Assembly: GCA_965228735.1 (NCBI GenBank)
Contig: OZ245838.1
Span: 3,808,001-3,872,000, forward strand
Length of the DNA: 64,000 nt
Source: Planctomycetota bacterium
GTDB lineage: Bacteria > Planctomycetota > UBA1135 > UBA2386
Reading direction: 5' to 3'
The position numbers were made by a program, and so were the translations under genes. Below, in pieces: positions 29,312 to 38,188 of this stretch (its first letter is position 1; each line of letters begins with the position of its first letter). Under the pieces are notes generated by a model. It made no database searches and was not told the DNA's origin. It saw nothing but the letters and a program-made list of their open reading frames with translations.

Positions 29312-29398
29312 TGCCGTAGTGCTGCAGCGCGACCCGTCCCCAAAGGCGCGAACCGCAGGTCGCCCCGACGATGGCAACGCAGCAGTCCGTCCCCGGAG

Positions 29399-30298
29399 CT
29401 AGCTGCCGGCACCAGTCGCCGATGCCGCGGCGGCTGCCCATTGCCGCGGCGGCATGCCGTACTGCCGACTGAACTCCCGGCTGAACTGGGACGCACTCCC
29501 GTACCCAACCTGATGAGCGGCTACCGCGACGGTCGTTCCGGCCGCGATCAAGGCGGCGGCGTTGTTCAAGCGAACCGCCTTCAAGAACTGGAGCGGTGAG
29601 AGCGTCGTCATGGCCTTGAACCGACGATGGAATACCGCCTTGCTCATTCTGGCGACGCGCGCGAGATCATCGACGCTGATGGGATCGCAGATGTGGTCGT
29701 GCAGGTACGCGAGTGCGTGCCCCAGATCGCGGGACGAGCCGAAGGTCCGACGAACGACCCTACCCGCGGTCGTACGCAACAGCGCGAAGTAGAGCTCCCG
29801 AAGCCGGGACGTGGCCAGTACCGCACGGGCGCCTGGGTCATCCAGGAGCTGAAGCAATCGCGCCACGGCGTCGATGAACGGCTCGTCCCAGGCCGCAACG
29901 ACGAGCCCGGGTGACACGTCCGCCTCTTCCAGGTCGGGGTCGAAGCGGGCGGCCGACTCGGCTGCAAGCACGGTCTCCCTCATCGTCGATGTCTCGAGAC
30001 TGAGGAGCAGTCCCAGCACCGGATCGCTCGGGCTCGCCTGCGGAACCTCTGCCTCCACCGGCAGCGGCATCGTGCAGCACAGGAACGAACGGTCATCGCC
30101 GTAGGTCTTGGCCTCGCCACCGAGGTAGACGCGCTTGCGCCCCGCGACCAAGACGCACAGGCTCGCCGGGTAGACCACGGGCACGCTCGGCACCGGCTCG
30201 GTCACCCGGATCAGCTGGAGCCCGTCGATCGGGACATCGACGGTCCCGTGGGCCGGTGCGTGGCGCAGGATCAGGTCCCGAATCAGCTGGCGCGACAT
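29399..30298 (-). CDS. AraC family regulator (YqhC-like N-terminal domain)
   Basis: VYPASLCVLVAGRK, LSPLQFLKAVRL, VGYGSASQFSREFSRQYG; ATG 30298. Confidence 0.92.
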   Translation of the reverse strand: MSRQLIRDLILRHAPAHGTVDVPIDGLQLIRVTEPVPSVPVVYPASLCVLVAGRKRVYLGGEAKTYGDDRSFLCCTMPLPVEAEVPQASPSDPVLGLLLSLETSTMRETVLAAESAARFDPDLEEADVSPGLVVAAWDEPFIDAVARLLQLLDDPGARAVLATSRLRELYFALLRTTAGRVVRRTFGSSRDLGHALAYLHDHICDPISVDDLARVARMSKAVFHRRFKAMTTLSPLQFLKAVRLNNAAALIAAGTTVAVAAHQVGYGSASQFSREFSRQYGMPPRQWAAAAASATGAGS

Positions 30299-30453
30299 CC
30301 ATCCAGGGTAGGGAGCCAGAAGGCCGTCTTCACACGTCTCGACAGTAATAGGCAAGTATTCGACGCGAATCGGATCTATTCCGGCCACCTTCGAGCCCAT
30401 ATTGTGCATTTCGTTCGATGATGACGCAACCCGCAGGACAACGAGCGAGAACG

Positions 30454-31404
30454 ATGAGCACCGAGAAGTTCGGACCCCGAGGCTGGACCCCGGAGCGACT
30501 CGGCTCCCTCGCTGGCAAGACCTACGTCATCACCGGCGCCAACTCCGGCACGGGATTCCAGGCAGCGCGAACGCTCCTGACCAAGGGCGCCAACGTGATG
30601 ATGCTGAACCGTTCGATCGCGAAGTCGCAGGCCGCGGTCGCGGAGTTGCGCGCGGAGTTCGGTCCGAGCGCCGAGGTGGGCTTCGTTCGCATGGACCTCG
30701 CCTCGCTCGCCAGCGTGCGGGACGCGGCAGCAGAAGTCCTGCGGGCGGTTCCGCGGATCGACGCCCTCATCTGCAACGCCGCCATCGCGCAGGTGCCGAC
30801 CCAGCGGCTGACCGTGGACGGGTTCGAGAGCATGCTTGGCACGAACCACTACGGTCACTTCCTGCTGTGCGGCCTGCTCTACCCACGGGTCGAGGAAACC
30901 AAGGGCCGAATCGTGGTCGTCAGCAGTCTGGGCTACGACATGGGGATCAGGACCATCCAGTTCGACGACATGAACTGGGACCGGAACTACCACCAGAACC
31001 GCACGTACTCGCAGAGCAAGCTCGCGCAGATGATGTTCGCCTACGAGTTGCAGGATCGGCTGGCCGCGGCGAACAAGACGGACGTCAAGGTCTACGTCTG
31101 CCATCCCGGATCGTCGAGGACATCGCTCATCAAGACCAGCGGCAACCTGATGACGCGGGTGATGTTCGGGCTCATGTCGCTGTCGCCGATGGTGCAGTCG
31201 GCCGAGAAGGGCTCCTGGCCCGCAGTGATGTGCGCTACCGAGAATGGTCTAGAGCAGCGGGCGCTCTATGGCCCCACCGGTCGTGCGCAGTGGGTCGGCC
31301 CAGTCGGCAAGGGCACGCTGAAACCTCACGCCTACGAGAAGCCGGTCATGGAACGGCTCTGGGCGCTTTCCGAACAGGAAACCGGGTTCGAGTGGACGCT
31401 CTGA
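30454..31404 (+). CDS. Short-chain dehydrogenase/reductase (retinol-DH-like)
   Basis: VITGANSGTG, ICNAAI, YSQSK (YxxxK), CHPG; ATG 30454. Confidence 0.92.
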   Translation: MSTEKFGPRGWTPERLGSLAGKTYVITGANSGTGFQAARTLLTKGANVMMLNRSIAKSQAAVAELRAEFGPSAEVGFVRMDLASLASVRDAAAEVLRAVPRIDALICNAAIAQVPTQRLTVDGFESMLGTNHYGHFLLCGLLYPRVEETKGRIVVVSSLGYDMGIRTIQFDDMNWDRNYHQNRTYSQSKLAQMMFAYELQDRLAAANKTDVKVYVCHPGSSRTSLIKTSGNLMTRVMFGLMSLSPMVQSAEKGSWPAVMCATENGLEQRALYGPTGRAQWVGPVGKGTLKPHAYEKPVMERLWALSEQETGFEWTL

Positions 31405-31505
31405 CGGGGAGAAGCGCCGCCCCGTCGGTTCGTCCTGGGCCGCTGTCGCGCTGCGCCGACGACCCCGAAGCTCGAAGCTCGGGACTGAGACTCATGACTC
31501 CGAGC

Positions 31506-32084
31506 CTACCGATCGTTCATGCCCTTGCCCGCGAGGATCTTGGGGATGCACTTTTCGATTCGTGCCGTGCGCGTCTGCGATTGCTTCGCGCTGGTGAAGT
31601 GGAGGACGTACCCCCGCTGTCGCCCCGGGGTCAGGGCATCAAAGGCTTTCGCTAGCTTGCGATCCTTCTGCAGGATCTGCGTCAGCTCCTCCGGCAGCTT
31701 CAGCTCGTGCTTCGCCTTGAAGTCGACCTTCAGTCTGGCCTTCTCTGCCGCGATGGCCTGCTTGACGTAGGACTTCACGACAGTCTTGTTGACTTCGGCT
31801 TCGCAGGTGAACTCCAAGCGAAGCGCAGACTGCGTGTTCTCACCCTGGCTGCGGAGCAGGCCGTGGCGGTCCTCGAGTAGGGCGCCCTTGAAGAACATCA
31901 GCGAGCAGAACTTCTTGAAGGGCTGGATGATCGCGAGGTTGTTCCCTTCGAACATGAAGCAGGGCTTGCCCCACTTCAGGCACTCCTCCAGCCCGCAGTC
32001 GAGGAGGATCGATCGCAGCTTCTGGATCTCGCCCTGCCACTTCTTGGCGCGGCTGACGAACGCATCGACTCTTGGGTTCTGCAT
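31506..32084 (-). CDS. YdeI/OmpD-associated family protein
   Basis: MQNPRVDAF...LKWGKPCF...FFKGALL...AFDALTPGRQRGY...KILAGKGMND; AGGAG upstream of ATG 32084. Confidence 0.9.
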   Translation of the reverse strand: MQNPRVDAFVSRAKKWQGEIQKLRSILLDCGLEECLKWGKPCFMFEGNNLAIIQPFKKFCSLMFFKGALLEDRHGLLRSQGENTQSALRLEFTCEAEVNKTVVKSYVKQAIAAEKARLKVDFKAKHELKLPEELTQILQKDRKLAKAFDALTPGRQRGYVLHFTSAKQSQTRTARIEKCIPKILAGKGMNDR

Positions 32085-32147
32085 GGGACGTGCTCCTGAA
32101 CCCGGTCGGGTCAGCGCTGCGAAGCGAGGCCATCGAGCGTAGCTGCG

Positions 32148-32426
32148 GGCGACCGAGTCCGACAGCTGGTTGCAGACCCAGAGCTCGTTCGCGCTGCGCT
32201 CCGTCACGGATACGGGTCGTAGCCCGACCCGGATCTCGCGCAGCAAGCGCGGAGCCGCGGGATCCCGCAGGTCGAACACGCTCAGCCGGTCATCGTTCGG
32301 GTTCAGCGCGTAGAGCCGCAGTCCGTCGGCCGAAACGCGCACCGGATGCACGGCGGTCGGTTCGAGGTTCGAGTAGGTCGCAGACTGGCCGGCCAATCCG
32401 GCAGCGGTCAGTGCCACGGCGGTCAT
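32148..32426 (-). pseudogene. N-terminal stub of an exported YVTN/YncE-type beta-propeller protein
   Basis: Signal peptide plus SADGLRLYALNPNDDRLSVFDL...IRVGLRPVSV...ELWVCNQLSDSV, truncated after about 2 blades. Confidence 0.65.
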
Positions 32427-32522
32427 GGCGGCTGCGGCGCTCCGGGGCGTATCGGGATTCCGGGGCGGATCGGCGTTCGCTGGTGGCAAAGCGCGGGCGT
32501 TCGGCTCGAATCGACGGTCGCC

Positions 32523-35120
32523 ATGCCCTCGCCGCGCCGCGTCACGCTCGTCACCCTCGGCATCGCCGCGTGGCTGGCGCTCGGATTCGCGTGCAGCGAG
32601 TCGGCCGCGGCGACGGCCGAGCCGGACCATCCCTACGGTCAGGATGCCGAACCGCGAAAGGGCTGCGGCCGGCGCATCGTCGAACCGTCCGCGACGCGCA
32701 GCACGGCGATCGATGATCCGGGTGCGGCGGCCAACTCGTGCCTCTCGTGTCACACCGACATCGAGACGATCCGCAATCCCGACTCGGGGATGTTCCGCGC
32801 GATCGTTCGTGCCGCCGGCACCGCGGGGCACGGCAACCGCTGCGTCGTGTGCCACGGCGGCGACGTGACGGCGCAGGCGACCGCCGCGATGACGGTCGAC
32901 TCCGAGGAGTGGCTCGCGGTCGCCGAACGGGCGCATCAGGGCACGCCGGAGCACTACCGCGACAACGACGGTCCCAAGGCGTTCTATCCCGACCCCGGCA
33001 GCCCGTGGATCAACGAGCACACGTGCGGCGTGTGCCACGCGTGGCAGGTGCGGAATCAGTGGCAGAGCCTGATGATGACCGAGGCCGGCAAGATCCAGGG
33101 CACGGCGTGGGGCTTCGGCGGGCTGTCCGGCTACGAGCACAAGTGGGCCAACTACGACGTGCAGACGCGGCCCGAGTCCGAGCGCGTCGGCAACGACGAC
33201 TATCACGCCTACATGCGCGAGCTCATGCAGAAGGAACCGCAGGTGTTCCTCGAGGCCATGAAGGAGCTGCCGAAGGCGCCGACGCCCGAGCAAGTGGCGA
33301 GCGATCCGCGGCTCGCGGCGTTCACCTACATCCGCGGCGAGTGCCAGCGGTGCCATCTCGGTGTCGGCGGTGCGCAGCGTCACGGCGACTACCGCGGCCT
33401 CGGCTGCAGCGCGTGCCACGTGCCGTATGCCAACAGCGGCGTGTATCAGGGCGCCGATCCGACGCTCGACGAGAAGCCGGGTCGCCCGCTCGTGCACTCG
33501 ATCCAGAGCGGTGTCGGCTCACCCGTCACGGCCAACGGGCACACCTGGTCCGGCATCCCGGTCGAGACGTGCACGACGTGCCACAACCGCGGGCGCCGCA
33601 TCGGCGTGTCCTTCCAGGGCCTGATGGAGACGCCGTATCCATCGCCGTGGACCGCGGACGGCGGAAACCAGCAGGAACTGCACGGCAAGCACTACCGCAA
33701 GCTGCACGCCGATCTGCACGCGGAGAAGGGCTTTCTCTGTCAGGACTGCCACACGTCGATCGACGTGCACAGCTCCGGCCAGCTCATCGGCGCGATCACC
33801 GCCGCGGTCGAGATCGAGTGCACGGACTGCCACGGCACGCCGACCGCGTATCCGTGGGAGCTGCCGCTGGGCGCGATGGACGAATACGCGGGGTCACCCA
33901 AGACCGGCGCGCCGCGCGGCACGCTGGCCGAGCTGCCGGACTACCTCGCGGCCGCCGACCACCCCGAGCCCGCGGATGGCTACGTGCGCACGGCCCGCGG
34001 CAACCCGCTCGGCAACGTCGTGCGCCAGGGCGACGTGCTGCACGTTCATCTCGCGAGCGGCGCCGTGCACGAGCTCGTGCCGCTCAAGGGCATGGTGCAG
34101 CGCGGCATGCTGTCCAAGAAGGCCGAGGTCGCGATGGTCGACGTCGGCCGGCACATGGAGCGCATGGAGTGCTACGCGTGCCACGCGACGTGGGCGCCGC
34201 AGTGCTACGGCTGCCACATCAAGGTCGACTACTCCGCGGCGGAGAACCCGGTCGATTGGGTCGCGATCGGGCACGACCACCTGCCGAACGGCACGACCTG
34301 CGAGTTCACCAACCGCGCCGAGGCGCACCGCATCCCGGGCCGCATCTCGGAGCTGCGCGCCTACCTGCGCTGGGAGGATCCCGCGCTCGCGGTCAACGGC
34401 GAGGGTCGCATCGCGCCGGCCGTGCCGGGTTGCCAGACGACCGCGACGGTCATCGGTCAGGACGGCGACGTGCTCGCGAACAACCAGGCGTTCCGGATCC
34501 CGAACGTCGAAGGCGCCGGACCCGAAGGCCAGATCGGCGTCGACCACTCGCCACTGCAGCCGCACACGACGCGGCGCGAGGCGCGCAGCTGCGAGAGTTG
34601 CCACGGCAACCCGAAGGCGGCGGGCTACGGCATCGATGCCGGCAAGAACGACGTCGAACCGGATCGCGATCGCGTCGTCGACCTCATGGACGCCGACGGC
34701 CACGTGCTGGCCGCGGATGCGACCCCGCAGTTCACGTCGGTGCGCGACCTCACCGCCGACTGGTCGCGCTTCATCACCGAGGACGGGCAGCAGCTGCAGA
34801 CGGTCGGGCATCACCTGCAACTGTCGCGCCCGCTCGACGACATCGAACGCGCCAAGCTCATGCGCTCGGGCACCTGCATCGCGTGTCACGACGTGGTGCC
34901 GAACGACGACCTCGCGACCGGCGCGCTGCACCACGTCGCCGAGATGCTCGACGCCGTGCCCGTCGACGCCGATGCGCACGCGGCACTCGTGAACAAGATC
35001 GTCCGGATCGCGGCGTGGGCCCAGGTGATCGCGGTCGCCGCGTTCTTCGCGCTCGCCGCGCTATTGATCCGGCGTTGGCGCAAGCGGCGCCGCGCGCGGC
35101 GACTGGCCGACACGACCTGA
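32523..35120 (+). CDS. Multihaem cytochrome c (12 CxxCH), with lipoprotein signal and C-terminal TM helix
   Basis: CLSCH, CVVCH, CGVCH, CQRCH, CSACH, CTTCH, CQDCH, CTDCH, CYACH, CYGCH, CESCH, CIACH; LGFAC lipobox; hydrophobic C-terminal helix followed by RRWRKRRR. Confidence 0.92.
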   Translation: MPSPRRVTLVTLGIAAWLALGFACSESAAATAEPDHPYGQDAEPRKGCGRRIVEPSATRSTAIDDPGAAANSCLSCHTDIETIRNPDSGMFRAIVRAAGTAGHGNRCVVCHGGDVTAQATAAMTVDSEEWLAVAERAHQGTPEHYRDNDGPKAFYPDPGSPWINEHTCGVCHAWQVRNQWQSLMMTEAGKIQGTAWGFGGLSGYEHKWANYDVQTRPESERVGNDDYHAYMRELMQKEPQVFLEAMKELPKAPTPEQVASDPRLAAFTYIRGECQRCHLGVGGAQRHGDYRGLGCSACHVPYANSGVYQGADPTLDEKPGRPLVHSIQSGVGSPVTANGHTWSGIPVETCTTCHNRGRRIGVSFQGLMETPYPSPWTADGGNQQELHGKHYRKLHADLHAEKGFLCQDCHTSIDVHSSGQLIGAITAAVEIECTDCHGTPTAYPWELPLGAMDEYAGSPKTGAPRGTLAELPDYLAAADHPEPADGYVRTARGNPLGNVVRQGDVLHVHLASGAVHELVPLKGMVQRGMLSKKAEVAMVDVGRHMERMECYACHATWAPQCYGCHIKVDYSAAENPVDWVAIGHDHLPNGTTCEFTNRAEAHRIPGRISELRAYLRWEDPALAVNGEGRIAPAVPGCQTTATVIGQDGDVLANNQAFRIPNVEGAGPEGQIGVDHSPLQPHTTRREARSCESCHGNPKAAGYGIDAGKNDVEPDRDRVVDLMDADGHVLAADATPQFTSVRDLTADWSRFITEDGQQLQTVGHHLQLSRPLDDIERAKLMRSGTCIACHDVVPNDDLATGALHHVAEMLDAVPVDADAHAALVNKIVRIAAWAQVIAVAAFFALAALLIRRWRKRRRARRLADTT

Positions 35121-35130
35121 GAGCGACCGC

Positions 35131-35607
35131 ATGGCCCAAAAAAAGACAACGAGAAAGACCACGAAGAAGACCACGAGGAAGACGGCGCGCGGCAAGCAGA
35201 ACGCGCCCACGCTCCTCACGGGCGGCAACCCGCAGATCGCGAAAGCAGATGGCTACGCGCCCGTGCAGGCCTACATCCGCGCGATGCCCGAGTGGAAGCG
35301 CGCGATCGGCCGGCAGCTCGATGATCTGGTCGTGCGCACCGTGCCGGACGTGCGGAAAGCCGTGCGCTGGAACTCGCCGTTCTACGGCGTGACGGGCCGC
35401 GGCTGGTTCTTCAGCTTCTACTGCTTCACGAAGTACGTGAAGCTCACGTTCCTCAACGGCGCGGCGCTGCGACCGCCGCCGCCGATCGCATCCAAGCACG
35501 ACGACGTGCGTTACCTGAAGATCTTCGAAGACGAGTCGCTCGACGACCGCCAGCTCGCCGACTGGCTGCGCCAGGCCGCCGCGCTGCCGGGCGAGGAGCT
35601 CTTCTGA
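35131..35607 (+). CDS. DUF1801 (YdhG-like) protein
   Basis: LLTGGNPQIAKADG, AMPEWKR, KAVRWNSPFYG, FTKYVKLTF, QAAALPGE. Confidence 0.85.
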   Translation: MAQKKTTRKTTKKTTRKTARGKQNAPTLLTGGNPQIAKADGYAPVQAYIRAMPEWKRAIGRQLDDLVVRTVPDVRKAVRWNSPFYGVTGRGWFFSFYCFTKYVKLTFLNGAALRPPPPIASKHDDVRYLKIFEDESLDDRQLADWLRQAAALPGEELF

Positions 35608-35634
35608 CGCCTTGTCTCGCTCCCCGATCCACCC

Positions 35635-36627
35635 ATGCACGCCGGCAAGAACTACACCGTCAAAGAGGTCCTGCTCTGGACCCGCCGTGAGTCGATTCTC
35701 TTCCTCGTGATCGCGGCGCTGCCCGTGATCCTCCACGCGGCGGGCATCGAGCTGCCGCCGTTGCCGTGGCAGCCGATCGCGGTGCTCGGCACGGCCGTCG
35801 CGTTCGTCACCGGCTTCAAGAGCAACGCCGCGTACGGACGCACGTGGGAGGCCCGCAAGATCTGGGGCGGGATCGTGAACGCGAGCCGCTCGTTCTGCGT
35901 GCTCGTGCGCGATTTCGTGCAGACCGACGACGGCGGCGCGACGCACACGCGCATCGTGCATCGCCACCTCGCCTGGCTGACCGCGCTGCGCCACCAGCTG
36001 CGGCAACGACGGACGTGGGAGTCGGCGACCGCGCGCGCCAACGTCGAGTATCAGCGCCGCACGTTCCGTATTCCGGAGTGCGACGCCGACCCGCGCGACG
36101 AGCTCGAACCGTGGCTCAACGACGAGGACCTCGAGTACGTGCTCCCGAAGAAGAACCAGGCCGCGGCGCTGCTCGGCATGCAGAGCAAGGAGCTCGCGCG
36201 CTGCGCCGCGAACGGGCAGCTCACGGAATACCGCCATGTCGAGCTCACCCGCATCATCGGCAACCTCTACGACGAGCAGGGCCGCAGCGAACGCATCAAG
36301 AACTTCCCGTACCCGCGGCAGTTCTCGACGATGAACCACATCTTCGTCTGGCTGTTCATCGTGCTGCTGCCGTTCGGCGTGCACGAAGAGCTGCTGTCGC
36401 GCGCGCCGGACTGGGCCTGGCTCACGATCCCGCTGACCGCGATCGTCGCGTGGGTGTTCCACACGATGGACAAGATCGGCGGCGTGAGCGAGAACCCGTT
36501 CCAGGGCGGCCCGAACGACATCCCGATCACCGCGATGAGCCGCGGCATCGAGATCGACTTGCGCGACCTGCTCGACGATCCAGATCTGCCGCAGCCGCTC
36601 ACGCCGCAGCGCAACATCCTCATGTGA
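35635..36627 (+). CDS. Bestrophin family ion channel
   Basis: GTAVAFVTGFKSNAAYGRTWEARKIWGGIVN, ERIKNFPYP, ENPFQG. Confidence 0.9.
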   Translation: MHAGKNYTVKEVLLWTRRESILFLVIAALPVILHAAGIELPPLPWQPIAVLGTAVAFVTGFKSNAAYGRTWEARKIWGGIVNASRSFCVLVRDFVQTDDGGATHTRIVHRHLAWLTALRHQLRQRRTWESATARANVEYQRRTFRIPECDADPRDELEPWLNDEDLEYVLPKKNQAAALLGMQSKELARCAANGQLTEYRHVELTRIIGNLYDEQGRSERIKNFPYPRQFSTMNHIFVWLFIVLLPFGVHEELLSRAPDWAWLTIPLTAIVAWVFHTMDKIGGVSENPFQGGPNDIPITAMSRGIEIDLRDLLDDPDLPQPLTPQRNILM

Positions 36628-36653
36628 CCCTCACGCTCGCAAAGGCCGCACCC

Positions 36654-37097
36654 ATGACGAAGACTCTCCAGTTCGAACAACGGATCGATGCCCCCGTCGC
36701 CAAGGTCTGGGACACGATGCTCGCCAAGGACAGCTACTCGCAGTGGACCGCGCCGTTCACGGCGGGTTCCTACTTCGAAGGCACGTGGGAGGAGGGCACG
36801 CGCATGCGCTTCCTCGCGCCGGGCGGGAGCGGCATGGTCGCGGAGATCGCCGAGAGCCGCCGCCACGAACTCTTGCAGATCCGACACCTCGGCATCGTCG
36901 AGGATGGCGTCGAGGACACGACGAGCGCGGCGGTCACGAGTTGGGCGCCGGCTCTCGAGGTCTACCGCTTCGAGAGCATCGACGGCGGCACGATCGTGCA
37001 GGTCGAGCAGGAGGTGCCCGAGGACTTCGAAGGCACGATGCAGTCGTCGTGGCCGCCGGCTCTGCTGGAGCTGAAGCGGCTCTGCGAGACCGACTGA
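36654..37097 (+). CDS. SRPBCC (START-like/AHSA1) domain protein
   Basis: IDAPVAKVWDTML...WTAPFTAGSYFEGTW...WPPALLELKRLCE; ATG 36654. Confidence 0.85.
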   Translation: MTKTLQFEQRIDAPVAKVWDTMLAKDSYSQWTAPFTAGSYFEGTWEEGTRMRFLAPGGSGMVAEIAESRRHELLQIRHLGIVEDGVEDTTSAAVTSWAPALEVYRFESIDGGTIVQVEQEVPEDFEGTMQSSWPPALLELKRLCETD

Positions 37098-37152
37098 CGC
37101 GAAACCGCGCGCCCGCGGCATCCGCGGCCCGCGGCGCCGCGAAGCGTCTGCC

Positions 37153-38058
37153 ATGCGTCGGACGATGTCGATCGCGCTGCTCGCGACCTGCGCCGCGGCC
37201 CAGGAAGCCGGCTGGCCGCAGTGGGGCGGCCCCGCCCGGGACTTCCGGCTGCCGGCGGCAGCTCTCGCGGAGCAGTGGCCGGCGGGCGGTCCCCCCGAAC
37301 GCTGGACCCGGCCCGTTGGCGGGGGGCATGGCGGGATCGCGGTGGTCGGAGGTGAGCTCTACACGCTCGTGCGACGCGGGGATCGTGAGATCGATGTCGC
37401 GCTCGACGCCGCGACCGGCGACACCGTGTGGCAACGGCACGATTTCGGCCTCGACTACGCGTCGCCGATCGTGATCGAACGCGACGGCATGACCGAGCTG
37501 GTGTGCCAGTTCGAGAACGAGCTCGTCGGCCTGCGGCTGAGCGATGGCGAGCTGGCGTGGCGGCTGCCGTCCGACGGCGAACGCACGCGCCACGTGATCA
37601 CCCCGTTGGACCTCGGCGGCGCGCTGCTCGCGTCCACCACGCACGCCGCGCGCCGGGTCGAGATCGGCGCGAACGGCGCCACGGGCGAATGGCGGAATCG
37701 CCGGCTTCGCCCGCAGGTCGGCAACGTCGTGCATGCGCGCCACTGCGGACTCGTGCTCGGCGCGTCCTCGCCATTCACCGGCGCGCTGATCGTCGCGCTC
37801 GATGCCGAGACGGGCGAGCGCCGCTGGCGCAGTCGTGACATCGACGCCGGCTTCCTGTGGCTCGTCGGCGACGAGGTGTTCGGACTGTCGCGGGACGGCG
37901 AACTCGTCCAGGCGCGCTGCGATCGCGACGGCCTGACGGTGCGCAACCGCTGCCGGCCCTTCACCGGCGACAAGATCTGGAGCGCGCCGGCGATGGTCGG
38001 CGCGCGGCTGTATTTCAAGGGCGACGGGCGGATCCGCGCGCTCGACCTGTCGCGTTGA
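37153..38058 (+). CDS. PQQ-like beta-propeller repeat protein, exported (possibly internally deleted)
   Basis: WPQWGGPARD, ALDAATGDTVW, YASPIV, ALDAETGERRW, WSAPAMVGARLY, IRALDL. Confidence 0.8.
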   Translation: MRRTMSIALLATCAAAQEAGWPQWGGPARDFRLPAAALAEQWPAGGPPERWTRPVGGGHGGIAVVGGELYTLVRRGDREIDVALDAATGDTVWQRHDFGLDYASPIVIERDGMTELVCQFENELVGLRLSDGELAWRLPSDGERTRHVITPLDLGGALLASTTHAARRVEIGANGATGEWRNRRLRPQVGNVVHARHCGLVLGASSPFTGALIVALDAETGERRWRSRDIDAGFLWLVGDEVFGLSRDGELVQARCDRDGLTVRNRCRPFTGDKIWSAPAMVGARLYFKGDGRIRALDLSR

Positions 38059-38188
38059 TCGCGCGGATACTGCGCCGCGCAATCGCGCCTCGAAGAGCCG
38101 TTCGGGAAACGGGCGGAGACCCACGCGGGTATTGACCTCGGGGCCGCCAACCAATGCGATCATGGCTCCCACTGCGGAAGGACCTACC

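Noticed and set aside
20585..32430. attL/attR duplication of the tRNA 3' end, integrase or IS element
   Set aside because: I saw no second copy of CCTGTCGGGCGTACCA and no recombinase or transposase motifs, so no mobile element is called.
31506..33497. 663-aa minus-strand ORF as one protein
   Set aside because: It is a composite of the cytochrome's antisense shadow, a propeller stub and the ydeI gene.
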